A stretch of 64,000 nucleotides of DNA, taken from assembly GCF_052425735.1 (NCBI RefSeq), contig NC_135769.1, positions 1,984,001 to 2,048,000 of the forward strand, in the 5' to 3' direction. Below are positions 36,480-49,400 of the stretch, one piece after another; position 1 is the first letter of the stretch, and each line of letters opens with the position of its first letter. Origin of the DNA: Oculina patagonica. Lineage: Eukaryota. A program made the translations under genes and the position numbers. Below the pieces are notes generated by a model. It saw only the letters and a list, made by a program, of their open reading frames with translations, did no database searches and was not told the origin of the DNA.

Positions 36480-37703
36480 TTTTTTTTAAAAAATTCAGCT
36501 CAGCTAGATGAGAGTTTCTCGTGAATTTGAGGGAATGTGCCTATTGTAGAGGACTTTGACCGCTTGTATATATCCGTTGTGGGTTCGTGTTCTGTGCAAT
36601 TAAAAAGGAAATTAGTCCTTACTTCTGACACGGAATCAAATACGACTGACATCAAAGGCACGGAACATTATTAATTGATAACTTTCGCCTGCGTTTTTCT
36701 GGCGCCTCTGGAGACGTTGCGGTTTAAATTTCGGGGGCATATGCAGGAAAAATGTGTGGACTATCTATTGTCCATTGTGCAGTCGACATATGTCTACTTC
36801 AGAACATTTAAAAAGCCTTTTCACTTGGAATAAAACATATAATAGTTAATTAATTGTTTTGAAGTTTTAAATGCTTTTTTTTTAACAAATTGAGCCATTC
36901 TTCTCTGTTAAGCTAGTAACCACAATAATAGTTTTCGTGTTTGCCGGTAGGCATTCCACATGGAAAATTTATAATTACCAATGAAACCTACGACAAAAAT
37001 ATAACAAAAGCCAAACATTCAACGATTTTTTTAAAACATTTTTTCGCCGTCAACCCTTTATGCCTCTAAAAATACAAAGCAAAATAATCTTCAAGATAAT
37101 CTTGAAAAAATGCAAACAAAAACTAATTATCTTTGACTTTAAAAGACTGCGTGTGTCTATAAAATATTTAAAAACTGCGTGGTTTTTTTCTGCGTTTTAT
37201 GTATTTTTTTATCATAGAAATTTTCGCCAACACACGAACCAAGATTTTAGACAGGTTTTAGACAGACAAAACAATAATCTTTAAACTCTTACTCACTTTC
37301 TCAGATTTTTATTCAGTTTCACCTTAATTCAAAGTTAAGCGCGTTTATTTAGCGATTTGCTGACAATAAAACTGATTTCTAGATTTCAACTGAAGCAAAC
37401 AATTAAAAAAAAAATATGCGCGGATTTTACCATCCCACCCGTGATTTTTTTTTTATTATTTTTTTTTTGTCTCAGTGACCGGCATCTGGCTTTTAACTGA
37501 GATATACAACCCGGCAAGATAAGACAATTTCTTGCAACTGTTGGTGAGCTGTTATTTTGACTAAAATTGTTCAGTTTTGATTCCGTGATTAGGTTAATGA
37601 AAAGATTAGTTGCGATCCTCGGTTAAACACGTAGAAATAAAAAATGTCGCCTCCAGCCAACTGAACTAGCACGCAAAGTTTTAAGGTATCACGGAAGGAA
37701 AAT

Positions 37704-38112
37704 TGGCGTTTTCGTTCCAAGTCAAATTGTGTGCAAACCATCAATGATAACCCAATAAAGTTTATATTTTCTGAAAGCTTATTGAATAAAGATTGTAATT
37801 TTGGATTTTGTTTTGATCATATAGACCATAATAAGCAACGTCAGCATTTTGTTTGCAATTATGATGTTGCGCGACTTTAGGTTTATTTGATAGAAATTTA
37901 CATGAGAGCCAAAACTTTTATGTGGAATTTGATCTACATATATTGGTCTAAAAAACGGTGTCTCAGATTTTTCTTTTCTTGCTCCATTATTTTTTTATGA
38001 ATTTTTAATCCTAAAGAAGCCCTAAAAATGCCATTTTAAAGTTTAAAAATTCATAATAAATTAATGGAGCATTAATGGTTTTCACACAATTTGACTTGGA
38101 ACGAAAACGCCA
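37704..38112. mobile_element. MITE with ~30-bp TIRs
   Basis: TGGCGTTTTCGTTCCAAGTCAAATTGTGTG ... CACACAATTTGACTTGGAACGAAAACGCCA; no clear TSD. Confidence 0.7.
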
Positions 38113-38361
38113 CGCTGTTCTTAACACTAATCGAACAGTTGTTAGGCATTTCTGTTTTAAATCTGTCACACGAACTGTAATCACGTGGATATTGACTGCT
38201 TACCATAAAAGCGTTGTATGAAAAGGCTCAGTGATAAATACCTACCGAGTAAACTTGTTAACGTAAACCTAAACACTCAAACCGAATTCTAAAGGAAAGA
38301 CCTCGTTTCCGTGACTTATTTCTCCCTGGTTTAAATCGTAAAATTTTCGCCCTTTTCCCTT

Positions 38362-38422
38362 GTCTACGACCATACCACAGGGAAAGAACCGGTTCTCGTC
38401 CGGTCACCGAAGTTAAGCCCTG

Positions 38423-38457
<35 letters not shown>

Positions 38458-38481
38458 GGGAATACCCCGTGTTGTAGGCTT
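38362..38481 (+). rRNA. 5S rRNA gene (solitary copy)
   Basis: GTCTACGACCATACCAC...CCGAAGTTAAGC...TAGTACTTGGATGGGTGACCGCCTGGGAATAC...GTTGTAGGCTT, 120 nt; intact box A and box C; followed by a T6 Pol III terminator. Confidence 0.92.
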
Positions 38482-39118
38482 CCTTTTTTCCTCTTCTAAA
38501 ATTTTAAAAACGTGCAATTTGACTTATTTTCTAGCAAATGTGAACAATTTTACTCCGTGGTAGGCACGGGAAACTTCTACAGAATAAAGAAAACGGCAAA
38601 AAGACAAGAAATACATCAAAATAAGCCGTAAAACTCGCGCCGAACAGAAAAGATCACTCCCGCGCGCGCTTAACGTTCTCTGTCTCGCGCCTCGACGAGG
38701 CCGTAGGCCGAGTTGGCTAAAATCAGACGATATTCCGCAAGATTGAGCAGGATAATTGTTTTATTATTCAACAAATTGTCAACGAAACATATTTTGCAGA
38801 AAGAAAAACTGCAATTATGCAACGCTTTACAAGATTTCGGACGAATCTTCGCAACCTACGTATGTCGCAGGATATCTGTTATGTACGGATGACATATATC
38901 GTTAACATTTTGACCATATATGGGCAGCGCGCGCATGTGTTGAATAATAAGTCAATTTAGTCTTATTTCATTGAAAATTCAATCATTTTTTTTTTAAAGT
39001 AGAAAAGCTAGTCGATCCAGTGATCGATATTGGGAGAGAATTCTACTCGATACGGCGGAGGAGTATAACAAGAAAGTACAGATGTTACAGAAAATTAGCG
39101 AGGCAAATGATAAATTAA

Positions 39119-39461
39119 AGCTGATTTCCAGTCCGTACTGCGCAGACTCGGGGTTTGTTTACGTTTTTGTTTTGAATTCGTTGAAACGTTACACTTCGGT
39201 GACAGCATATATGACGTTTTTTAGTCCGCCATTACAGTTCGTCTCGTTCAAGAATTTCCGATGAGCTGAAACGTCGGTTTGAAATAGCGTGAAGGTTCTT
39301 CTACTCGTTATTATTTGTTCTGCAAGGATATCTGGCGTTAATAATGAAGAAAAAGGTAAGTTTGTCGCGGAATTTTTAGTTTTGCTTGTAAACATTCCCT
39401 TCGTGGTGGGCTCACATAAACATTGCAGCCGAGATTGCGCAGTACGGACTGGAATTCATCT
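39119..39461. mobile_element. Kolobok-like MITE (TTAA TSD, AG...CT ends)
   Basis: TTAA|AGCTGATTTCCAGTCCGTACTGCGCA ... TGCGCAGTACGGACTGGAATTCATCT|TTAA. Confidence 0.65.
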
Positions 39462-41048
39462 TTAAATGTGTAGGAAGAGTTGATAACAAGAATGTAACAC
39501 GAACCACGCTGGTCATTCTGACATTACCACAATTGCATGATAGGTAAAAAATTGAATCACGCATTAAACTTTGGGCAGACTTTCAACCACGCATCTAATT
39601 TTTGAGCAGAGTTCCAATCACGCATTCAGACTTTGCGCAAAAAGATCCGATCACACTGTTGCATTTCGTCAGTGATAGGCCGGAAACAGAGAGCGCGGGG
39701 CCTGATGGTTAGGCGGTGCGGACTTTGCAAGTGAAGCAGGCCCACAACTCCATGCGCACCGCGCGCTTTCACCAAGTAGGGAGGCCTGGAGACGAGTCAG
39801 CCACGCGCGCGAATGTTCTTACTGTACTGCATCAAAGATATTTTCGACTCTTTTTAAGATATAACTAAAATAAAAAAAATACATGTTGTTTTATTTTATC
39901 TGAGCACAATTTTTTAAGTCGAAAATATTCGTATGAAAGAGCTCATGAGTTCAGCCAACCATTGAACAAACTCAAAACTGAATGATAGTAAAGTTAAAGT
40001 GATTTTATTTAACCTGTGAAAAACCATCTAACAGTTAGTGCTAAATAGTCAAAACTAAACAAAAGGAAACAGTGGAATTAGTGTCTAATAGTATGTATTT
40101 GATGAGTAGTAACAATTTCACGGTTAAAGTAAAATCACTCTATAGCTATATCTATATATTAGATCACTAAAACGGACACAAACGAACTAATTATTATGTA
40201 TCCTCAAAGAATTAAAGCAAGTACAGACAGAAGCAAGTTAATAGTGAACAAGTATTTAATCCTGAATGCATTAATTTATATATATATTGATTACATGGGT
40301 ACATTAAGTTTATACATGTATCTACATTTTCTACATGTATTTATAATTTTTGTTGTTATGTACAGGTATACAAGGCTATAGACCAGACCAGGCTATAGTT
40401 AAACATTGTTCAAAGCAAGTTTAGAGTTTATACGGGAAGGATCATTAGTCAACGCGGTACGTTAAACTCCTTAATGCATTGTGCGCCCAAGCTACCGTAT
40501 TGAACATACATTCGGGTCTTCAGATAGAGAAGATTATTGGATTTGCCAATAAAAGTTTTCCTTTAAAACAAGAAGGAAACGGCCACTTCGTAGGAGGCTA
40601 GCAGAATAATAATGTATCTAAAATCCGCCCCGTATTGATAAATTAAAACAATCTGTACACTACTTACTGTGCATGATTTCAAAAAGCCCGAAAACACTCA
40701 AAACTTCGTCGCGGCATTTTGCTCCAACGAAGAGTCAACCTCTAACCCTCGAAATGTCAGTTTTTCAAATTCACTACGGTGGTAAAATGTACTTTTAGCA
40801 ACTTCAACTGTTCACTTGCTCGCCGACGCAACAAAACAGTTTCTTTATAAACCATTAATAAATAACTGTCTCCCAGATTTGTTAATTACCCAGGGGACTC
40901 ACCTCACCGAAGTGATTTTCATAGGGAAGGGGGAGGGGGGGGGGGGCTGTAACAGAACATAACAAAATAACGATCGATATAAAATTAAAAAAATAATAAT
41001 AGACATTGTAACAAACAATGTATTTGATGGTTGAATGGTTAACTGTTC

Positions 41049-44000
41049 TTATTCCTGTCCATCTGTTATTTCAGGAGCTTGTCGCCGCTGCTGTGAGCTG
41101 CTCTCTCCCCTCTCAGTGGCCATGCGTCGCTCCAGCTGTATCCGGTTTTGCCTCTGAAATGGCAGCTCAAACAATCGCTTGATGTGGTACCTGAAACGCT
41201 CGTTGACGAATACATAAACAAAAGGATTAACACAGGAGTTGAAGGTGACAATGACAATACCGATGATGTAAGTGATGTTGCCGTATTCTTGGCTTTCATA
41301 GAAGTAATTCAGCATGTAGATGATCAGCACCGGAAACCACGTGATACCGTACACAGCGCTGACCTGGAACCAAATCAAACAGTTCAAGAACGCGTTATAC
41401 ATGCACATGTGCAACCTCGTTCCCAGGATCTCTCTTTTTCCTGTCCCCCTGGAGAGAGTCTGGGAACGAGTTTGACAAAAACAAATCAATATGCACTGAC
41501 CCCCCCCCCCCCCCCCGCCCTCTCCCCCTTCACCTTTCTGCACAGCCGCAATGAAACGCATACAAACTGAACTCGATGAGTAGCCCAAGAACTACCTTCA
41601 TAGCCCGCGGTTTTTCCACTTGTTGGTAAACTTAGTGGCGAGGCCAAAAGATGCAAGATTAGCAGCAAGGCAGCGTGAAACATGGGATGGAGGGTGGAAA
41701 AGAAACCCTGAGACAGAACGTTCCATTTCTCCCACGCTTTTTGCTGTTGCAAAACTGACTGCTAGCTACGTAGGCATTCCTGGAGCCCAACTACTTTCTC
41801 TTCTTCAAGCCAGCTCTAGAAAAGAATCAGTGACAATGTTCTCGTTTTTTGCAATGATCCAGAGGCGTTGCATTTGAGCCCTGGAGCCTTGTATGGTTTA
41901 GAACGGAGTCCTATGGCTCTGAACCTTTTTGGGGCAGGAGATGGGTGATGCAAGCCCACCGACAAACATCGGATCATTTGGTGGGAACGCCACCTACCCC
42001 CCCCAAACCTAACATTTGCCCAAGCGATAAGTAGGGTAATGTTAGGTTGGGGAGGGGAGGTGAGCAGTCCAAGAAACCTAAATTGATCCCAAACATCAAT
42101 ACCTTCTCAGAACCTCATGCCACCCAAACCACACGAAGAAAGCCATACCGTTCAGCCTTTTCCTCCGTATTCGCCGCATTTGCTCTACCGTTGCTTTCTT
42201 TGAAAAACTCAGTGGAGAACTCATCAAGCACCTGATCAAACGTGGTTACAGCCGCTCTTCCCTACAGAGAGAGATGCGAATCGCGTTCGCGCCATCCCAA
42301 GTCACGCAACGCTACAGCCCCAAGGACAGGAAATCACAAAGATAGACCAAACACCTTTTGTTATATGATTCAACCCTGCCCTACCCAAAATATCTTCTGT
42401 TATCAAGAAACACTTAATTAAATATTCTCCAGTACTCCACCAACTGCAAAGAAGCTTTTCCTCATCCACCAGTTATCGCTTACAGACGTAACGCAAGTCT
42501 GCGTGATCTCCTTGTATGTCCGAGCTTACACGTAAGACGACTTCTCCAAACAACAAGGCGCTGGAGTTCATAAATGCAACCATCCACGATGTCTCACTTG
42601 TTCATTTCTTCAAGAAGGCCAAACTAACAACACTTTCTTCAAACAAGGTCACGCAAAATCACTGACCATGACAACATGTCTTGCCGCTCTAAAAACCTTA
42701 TCTATCTAATCGATTGCAAAAAATGCCACCATCAATACATTGGAGAGACGAAACGCCAACTTAATGAACGCTTCGGACAACACCGCAGATCCATTCTCAA
42801 CCACCATGAACTTGACGACCCTACACCAGTATCTATTCATTTCAACCAACCCGGCCATTCCATAAACGACGTTCACCTCATCCCGCTTGAACTTATACGC
42901 AGCAAACGTGAATCAGTTAGGAAAAATCCTCTGGGAATTAACAGACATGGCGAAACACGTCATTGACACTTGTTAAAACCAATCATTGTTTAGTATTTTA
43001 TTTTAAATTTTTCTATTTGTAACGATCCTTTCACTTACCGTATTCGAAGCGCCCCCTCCAAAAGCGCCCCCTTCCGAATAAGCGCCCCCCTTCGTATGTG
43101 TTTTGTCAATAAGCGCCCCTATCCAATAAGCGCCCCCATCTAATAGCGTCCCCACACAGCGCTCCACTATAGCGCCCCTAGGGAATGTCCCACTGAAGTC
43201 GACGTTCAAAGATCTCATGAACTTCACCTGAGGATTACTGCTATGAACTAAAAGTACTGAACTCAACATTCTACTGTTACAGGTTCGTTGTTGTTAATTT
43301 TAGTTTTGAACATTTGGTTCCAAAAATGAAATAAGCGCCCTGTCCCGAAAAGCGCCCTGCCGAAAGGCGCCCTCCCTTGAGGTACCAAAAGTAAATAAGC
43401 GCCCCGGGCGCTAAATCGAATCATTACGGTAACTCATTTTTTATTTTTCCGCCCAGCCCCTGAAGAAGGTTTGTTTTGCAAACCGAAATATAGGGCAAAG
43501 TTTTTTCAATATATTCTAGTTTTTCTTTTTTCTTTTTATCCACTTTGTTTATTTTTGACCGCTTTAGCCGTCAGGATCAGTTTGCCGTCTATATTCTTCG
43601 GCTTTTGTATTAGGACCATTGCAAACTACCTGGAGTCGATTTAAAAATTGATTTTCACTAGTTTCACTCGTGTGACGATCAAGTTCATCTGATCCCCACA
43701 TTACGTCTTTTTGCAGACCCTACTTCTTTGCTATTTCCTACTATAGTCTACTAAAAATAAGTCCACTTACCGCGATCACCATTTTTGTCACGCGTTTACG
43801 TGACTTTAGAATCGCAGCCTGGGTGACTCGAGGCCCTTTCTCTGGGTGGATCCAAAGCCGGCGAATGACTCTGCAGTAAAGCACGGACATCAGACCAATT
43901 GGCAACACACCAAACAGCACAAACCAGGCGACGCTGTAAGCCCGGGGCATCCAGTTCTCCGACCAGACCTCAGTGCAGAAGTCGATTTCTTTGTTGTACT

Positions 44001-44466
44001 GCATGGTGATGAACAGAGGCAGGTTAAAGACAACAGCGAGCACCCAACATGCCACAACAACATACTTGAGCTTCTTCATGGTCAGCTTGCCGCGATTGCC
44101 ATATGGATGCACGATGGCGAAGTATCGCTCGACTGAAATGGCCACCAGCGAGAACACAGAAGCTGAGCCACCCAGCCAACTGAAGTTACCGCCGGTGAAC
44201 AGTTTGCAGATTAGGATGCCAGCGAAACCATCCGGATGCTGAAAGGCGTGGATCAGAATGAAGCGTGGAAAGATGAATGCAACAACCATGATGTCCGCCG
44301 CTGCCAGGTTTAGAATGAGATAATTCATGGGTGTTTTCATGGAGCGGTTAGTGAGGATGACGATACAAGACAGGGTGTTGCCGATCACACCAACCAGCAC
44401 CAGGATGGTGAACACAGTAGTGACGCTGATCTGAGCTGATAAGGATTCCGTGTATATGACTGTCAT
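41049..44466 (-). CDS. Rhodopsin-class (class A) GPCR, neuropeptide-receptor-like, 336 aa (coding exons 44466-43771, 41363-41049)
   Basis: Seven hydrophobic segments; GN in TM1, NLAAAD in TM2, SVERY, TWFP, NSCVNPFVY; phase-0 intron ATCGCG|GTAAGT ... TTCCAG|GTCAGC; probable 5' UTR exon near 47325-47470 with TATAAATA at ~47505. Confidence 0.93.
43038..43429. mobile_element. Tc1/mariner-type MITE (TA TSD, CCGTA...TACGG) nested in the Penelope fragment
   Basis: TA|CCGTA ... TACGG|TA; many internal AATAAGCGCCC repeats. Confidence 0.7.
43456..43496 (+). ncRNA. Minimal type I hammerhead ribozyme motif associated with Penelope
   Basis: GCCC-CTGAAGA-A-GGTTTG-TTTTG-CAAACC-GAAA-TATA-GGGC: stem I GCCC/GGGC, CUGANGA core, stem II GGTTTG/CAAACC, GAAA, very short palindromic helix III. 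Confidence 0.7.
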
Positions 44467-46123
44467 GACTGAACCTAGAGGTGAACAGCGAAAGTGTCAA
44501 CAAAGGTTCTCTCCTCTTACCGGGGAAAATGGGATGGGGGGAGTGAGGGTAAACACTTATGATGTTACCCTGCTCTTTTAAAATGGTTAAAAATAAAAAA
44601 AAGGACGATGACGATGATGATGATGATGATTTTTAACAAAGAAGCTCCTATCACCTAGAGTGGTTTTCAGGGAGGTCCTCAAATAAAAACTACTTACTTA
44701 CAAGATAAGAACTACATCGTGTGCTCCAAAACAAAAAGAGGAATTTCAATAAATGACACAAACAATATACTCTAAACAGCGACTTCAATGCTATTATAAG
44801 GCGAGATTATAGGGAGTATGCCCCAACATAGGCCGTTTACGCAGAAAGAAAAAAGCATAGCAAATGGGGAAGAAATACCTCCGCACCGAAGGGAAATTCC
44901 AAAACTGAATCATTTCTGATTCGCTTATTGAGTCAAAGTGTCCGCTATTTACTGTGAAAAGTGTTCATAAACCTGAGAGACTATCAGTGTACTATATATA
45001 GCCATCATCCAATGTACTCCCCGGCGAGTTTTTTTTTACATGTGAACGAACTTGCTTGTCTCCGTTGGGGTGCGCATTTGACCGAAATGGTTTATCGTTA
45101 TTAATTTTGCATTCGGCTTCAGCTAGGGCGAAAAGAACAGGCCAAGCCGGCGGAAGACGCGAGCGGAGAGAATAGGTTAGCTTCAGCAAGCTTTAATTTG
45201 TACTTATGTTGGGTTGAAATAACTAAAAAGCAGTGAACGGTTATATTCGCTACTAGGCATAATTTAGCGCCCTTAGCTTGCTGGTGCTTCGTAAATATCT
45301 TTTCTATATATTTATCTTTTTGGGGTCCCAAACGATTTAGCCTCGCCCCTCTTACTACACTTCAAATCGTCCTGGGTCAACGAGTCAGTTTCAGTCAGAT
45401 CTTTTATAAGTACCGAACAAGTTTGTTAGTGGGCTGCAATATGTTCATGTAAAAATAGCAATAAATGCCCCGCCCTAAATAAGCACTCTAAAGCACTTTC
45501 ACTTTAAATGAGCGGCCGCGGACTCAAAATCGAAACATTACACGAATCACTTCTGGATTTTGGTTTTGAACGAAATTCAAATTTTGTTTCGATTGATTAT
45601 GAAGCGTTTATCGACAATACAACATGGATTTCAAGATTATGGGTGTAAATGAAAAGTAACCTAAATGGGGAATAACCTTAGTTAATTCTAACTTTACTGA
45701 GAAATGAAAATCTGGTTAATTGTTTCCGGAAAAATTAGCTTTGCACAGTCCATTGATCTTGATTCCATTGTGTCAATTTCAATTTGCTTTTAAGAAAATG
45801 AAAATATAATTTTCTTTTCGGTTGACTCTAAAGAAGGACATATTGCCCAATATTGGTTTGGTATCGAACATGCATACGTATCATACATAACATAGCAAAA
45901 TGTTGGACATAATATTTTCATTTTTAAGCGTCGCATGGGTGTATTTTCTTTTACAATACTTTAAATTTTCTTTTGAAATTTTTATAAACATCAGGTTAAC
46001 TGAGAATTAATATTGTTCTTATTAACGGTAGATTTTGCAATTTAAACTTTAATATTTCTGATAGTCCGTCGGCATTGATGCACAGAACTTGTTTGGTTTT
46101 TAAAATTGAAACTTCACTAGCTG

Positions 46124-46401
46124 ACACCCCTCTGTAACAGACCCAGTGGAACCCGACCCAGTGGATTATTTTCCCCTACCCAGTGAAAATTTAGTCTCCC
46201 CGGTACCCAGCGAATATTTTGATTTCACCCGCCTAATTTTATGCTTCCCCTGTGACTGTGCGGTGTGACATTTCTCAAATAAACCTATATAAAAAAGAGC
46301 CCATATAAGCCGACCCGGTGGGAAATTGGCCAGACCAGTGACTTTTTTTCCGAAAACCCGGTGAAGATAAAGATTCCACTAGGTCTGTTACAGAGGGGTG
46401 T
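46124..46401. mobile_element. MITE with ~20-bp TIRs and 6-bp TSD
   Basis: TAGCTG|ACACCCCTCTGTAACAGACC ... GGTCTGTTACAGAGGGGTGT|TAGCTG; internal ACCCAGTG repeats. Confidence 0.75.
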
Positions 46402-49400
46402 TAGCTGCGATGACGAACGATGGTTAAAAAAAAATTATCAGTATAAACGGATTTTCAATTACTAAACAAAGTGAGCAGAAAAGCCAATATTTAATGGCAG
46501 GACTCAGTGGATATTTCGTGCCAGGCCGTCCTGCACTTTTCATAATATTTCGCTTCGATAAAAAAATAGAAAATGAAATAGTTTACAGTAAGCATATCGG
46601 GCGCAGCTAAACTTAACTTGAATCTATACAGGCTGCTTATACCGAAATTAAAATAAACTAATTTCGGACCAGCTGGTAAGGTTTTAGGCAAAAATAAGTC
46701 AGTAAATACAGTTTTAGAAAGCAAGATTCAGCAGCTTCAACTCTGTCTGGGCAATTTAATGTAATTTACAAATAGAAAAAACATCGAAAACTGTTTTTTC
46801 ACAACACAAAAAACACTAGTGTAGAAAAATATAATATATGTTTAGTAGGAAATTTATCATGGGCTGGTATACGAAGAAAGACAAGATCTTTTTTTGTCAG
46901 GAAGAATTATCTCGCCGATGCTTATTTGCCTTGTATCATTTTCTGGCGTAACTGTGGCTGATGCTTTCTTATTTTTTTTCGCCCTCATAAAAGACATTTG
47001 TCTAACTAGGTCATCAGGACAGTTTCATTAGGCAATTTTCTTTTCTACATATTGATAAAGGGGAAAAACAAGGCCCATTTTCATATTAAAAATTGTGCGA
47101 TGTTGCCATGATACATAAAAGAAGGAAAAACATTCAGAATTTTCTCGGTCCTTTGCAAACGAAAAACTGGATGGTGAACGCTAATATTCCTCTTCCCAGC
47201 ATAAGGTGAGCGATGTCAATTAAACAACACACTCTCTTTCCTATCTAAAAAAGATTTCTTAAATTAAGATATAGTAAGATTTGTACAAAAAAAAACATTT
47301 CGAGAGAAAAAGAATATTACTTACCGCAAAGGAATATTTCTACGCGAGGAAAAACACAATTTTGACGTTTCCGAGAAAACTAAGGCTGCATGGCTACCTC
47401 CTCGATGCAATATTGTTAAATTTAATTTGTCGCGTTGCCACAAACAGTATTTTCAACACTTTGTTCACCTTTGACAAGCTAAAGCAGCGCCTCTCTCTAT
47501 TTATACGACATTATTAACACTGCGCTATTGTTTTCATGACTTTTCGGAGATGTGAATTCAATATAGACCTCCATTAACGGCTTAAGTAAGAAATTATGAC
47601 GTGGACCAATCTGTAAAACGATGAACGATTATACATGATAATGCGTAAAAGATTTTTTTCACTTGATGTTGCCGTAAGATTTTTGTTATAAAAGCCCAGC
47701 TAGGCAGTCTGATAATAAGCCGTTATCAACCGTGGATTTGTAAATATCTGATCGATATTTATATTCTTGTATGTGCAGTCGTACAGATTTATCATAAGAT
47801 CCCGCGCAAGGCGGTCGGCCCGTGTTCAGAAAACTTCAAGACGCCGCCCTTAAATGATCATAAAATGTTAAATTCATACTGCAGGGGATTTCGCAAAAAC
47901 AGTTAATTCCATTTTTGATCAACAAAAGCTGGAATTACATCATATGTAAAAAAGGAAAAAATATTAGTGAGAAAAATTTCTCGTTTAATTTATTTTTTTT
48001 CCCTGTATCAACTCATATTTTTCTTCTTGCTTTCTCTAATTAATTGACCGAATTGAGAGCTTTCCAAATCTCTCAAAATAGTTCCGGAACCACTGTTCAA
48101 TAAATAAGTTTTCTTCTTTATAAAGTGGCTCTTTCAAATAGCTGAAAGAAAATTATAGCTGAATATTCCCATTTCATAGCCTATCTTTAGTTGTCAATAT
48201 GCAATAAAATTATAATAAAGAAATGCATATTACTTCAATTTTAAAAAAACTCAATAAAGCTAGCAAACAAAAGACGGATTTTACAAAGTTGAAATAATAC
48301 ATTTCAAGAAATTGCAGTTGGCTTTATATGTTTTTGCCGAGGCTAAAAATAAATTTCTTCAAAAATTAAAATAGTTATATCCTAAAAAATACTAATCACA
48401 ATTCGCCCATTTATTCGCACCAAGGAAAAAATAATTGTAAAAATGGGTTTGAGTTTAAATTAGTAACTAAAAATATATCTAGCTATTGAGTTTTTGTAAT
48501 GTACGGCAATGATATAAAACCAACTGGGATTTTCGGAGGAACCTCGACCCTCACTCTTGGATGTCCATTTCGACCGATACAAAAAAAAGAAGAGCCTTAA
48601 TTTTAGCTTACTTTGATTATTCTTAATGTTATTTTACACGACGGAGGCGATATTTTTAAGACGATTTTTAACGGAGGTTTTTTAATCCGTGTTACATGGA
48701 GCAACTTTCAACCCAACATCGTTGCGCAACACAAGACGATTTTTAATGCCACGTTAAAAATTCGCACGACAGTTGTTGCAGTTCAACAATCTGCGACAAC
48801 AAAATGCTGCGTTAAAAATTTTCCAGTGCGCTATGTCGCACAACTTTAATTTTTAAAATCGCCTCGTGAAACATCCCTTTTACTCATCGACTAGTTTTCC
48901 CTCAAGGTGTTTTTCGCTGCGCGCGGTCAAAGGGACTAAGACGGCTTTATCAGTTCTAGCAATCTAATTGGCTAAGCGGGAAACTGCGGAGCATTCGATT
49001 TGAGTGTACCTGGCCCACAGCATTTCTCGTTCTCCCAAACAACGCATATGCATATGCATATGTAAATCCGCCGATCCGTGCTATTTTTTGGCCATATTCG
49101 TCAACCCGCCACCATTTTCGTTACTTGAAAACTTTGTGTGGTATAGTTTCACTGCAATGGACAGTAGATGTTGTTTTTTATGCCAATTGTTTAATAAGTT
49201 TAGTTTCAGTGCTTGTTTTTGCGACAATTCCGCCAAAATACCGACGAATACAGACCAAAGTGATCCGAACTTCGTTCAGTATCCACGACCCTGGAACTTC
49301 CCAAACAGAAGGGGAGGAGGCCGAGGTGGGGCCGAAAAATTTTCAGCCCTTTATAATTTAGAACAGTAATAAGTGGCAGAGGGGCGATATTCATTGGCTC

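Larger units (their letters stand above)
42230..43620 (+). mobile_element. Degraded 3' fragment of a Penelope-like retroelement (GIY-YIG endonuclease) in the GPCR intron
   Basis: ORF 42676-42966 NLIYLIDCKKCHHQYIGETKRQLNERFGQHR...GIN; frameshifted upstream remnants (IAYRRNASLRDLLV, KCNHPRCLTC); boundaries approximate. Confidence 0.8.

Noticed and set aside
40721-40850. Second hammerhead-like remnant (CCAACGAAGAG...CTCGAAATGTCAG)
   Set aside because: The CUGANGA core is mutated and the stems do not pair; at most a decayed repeat copy
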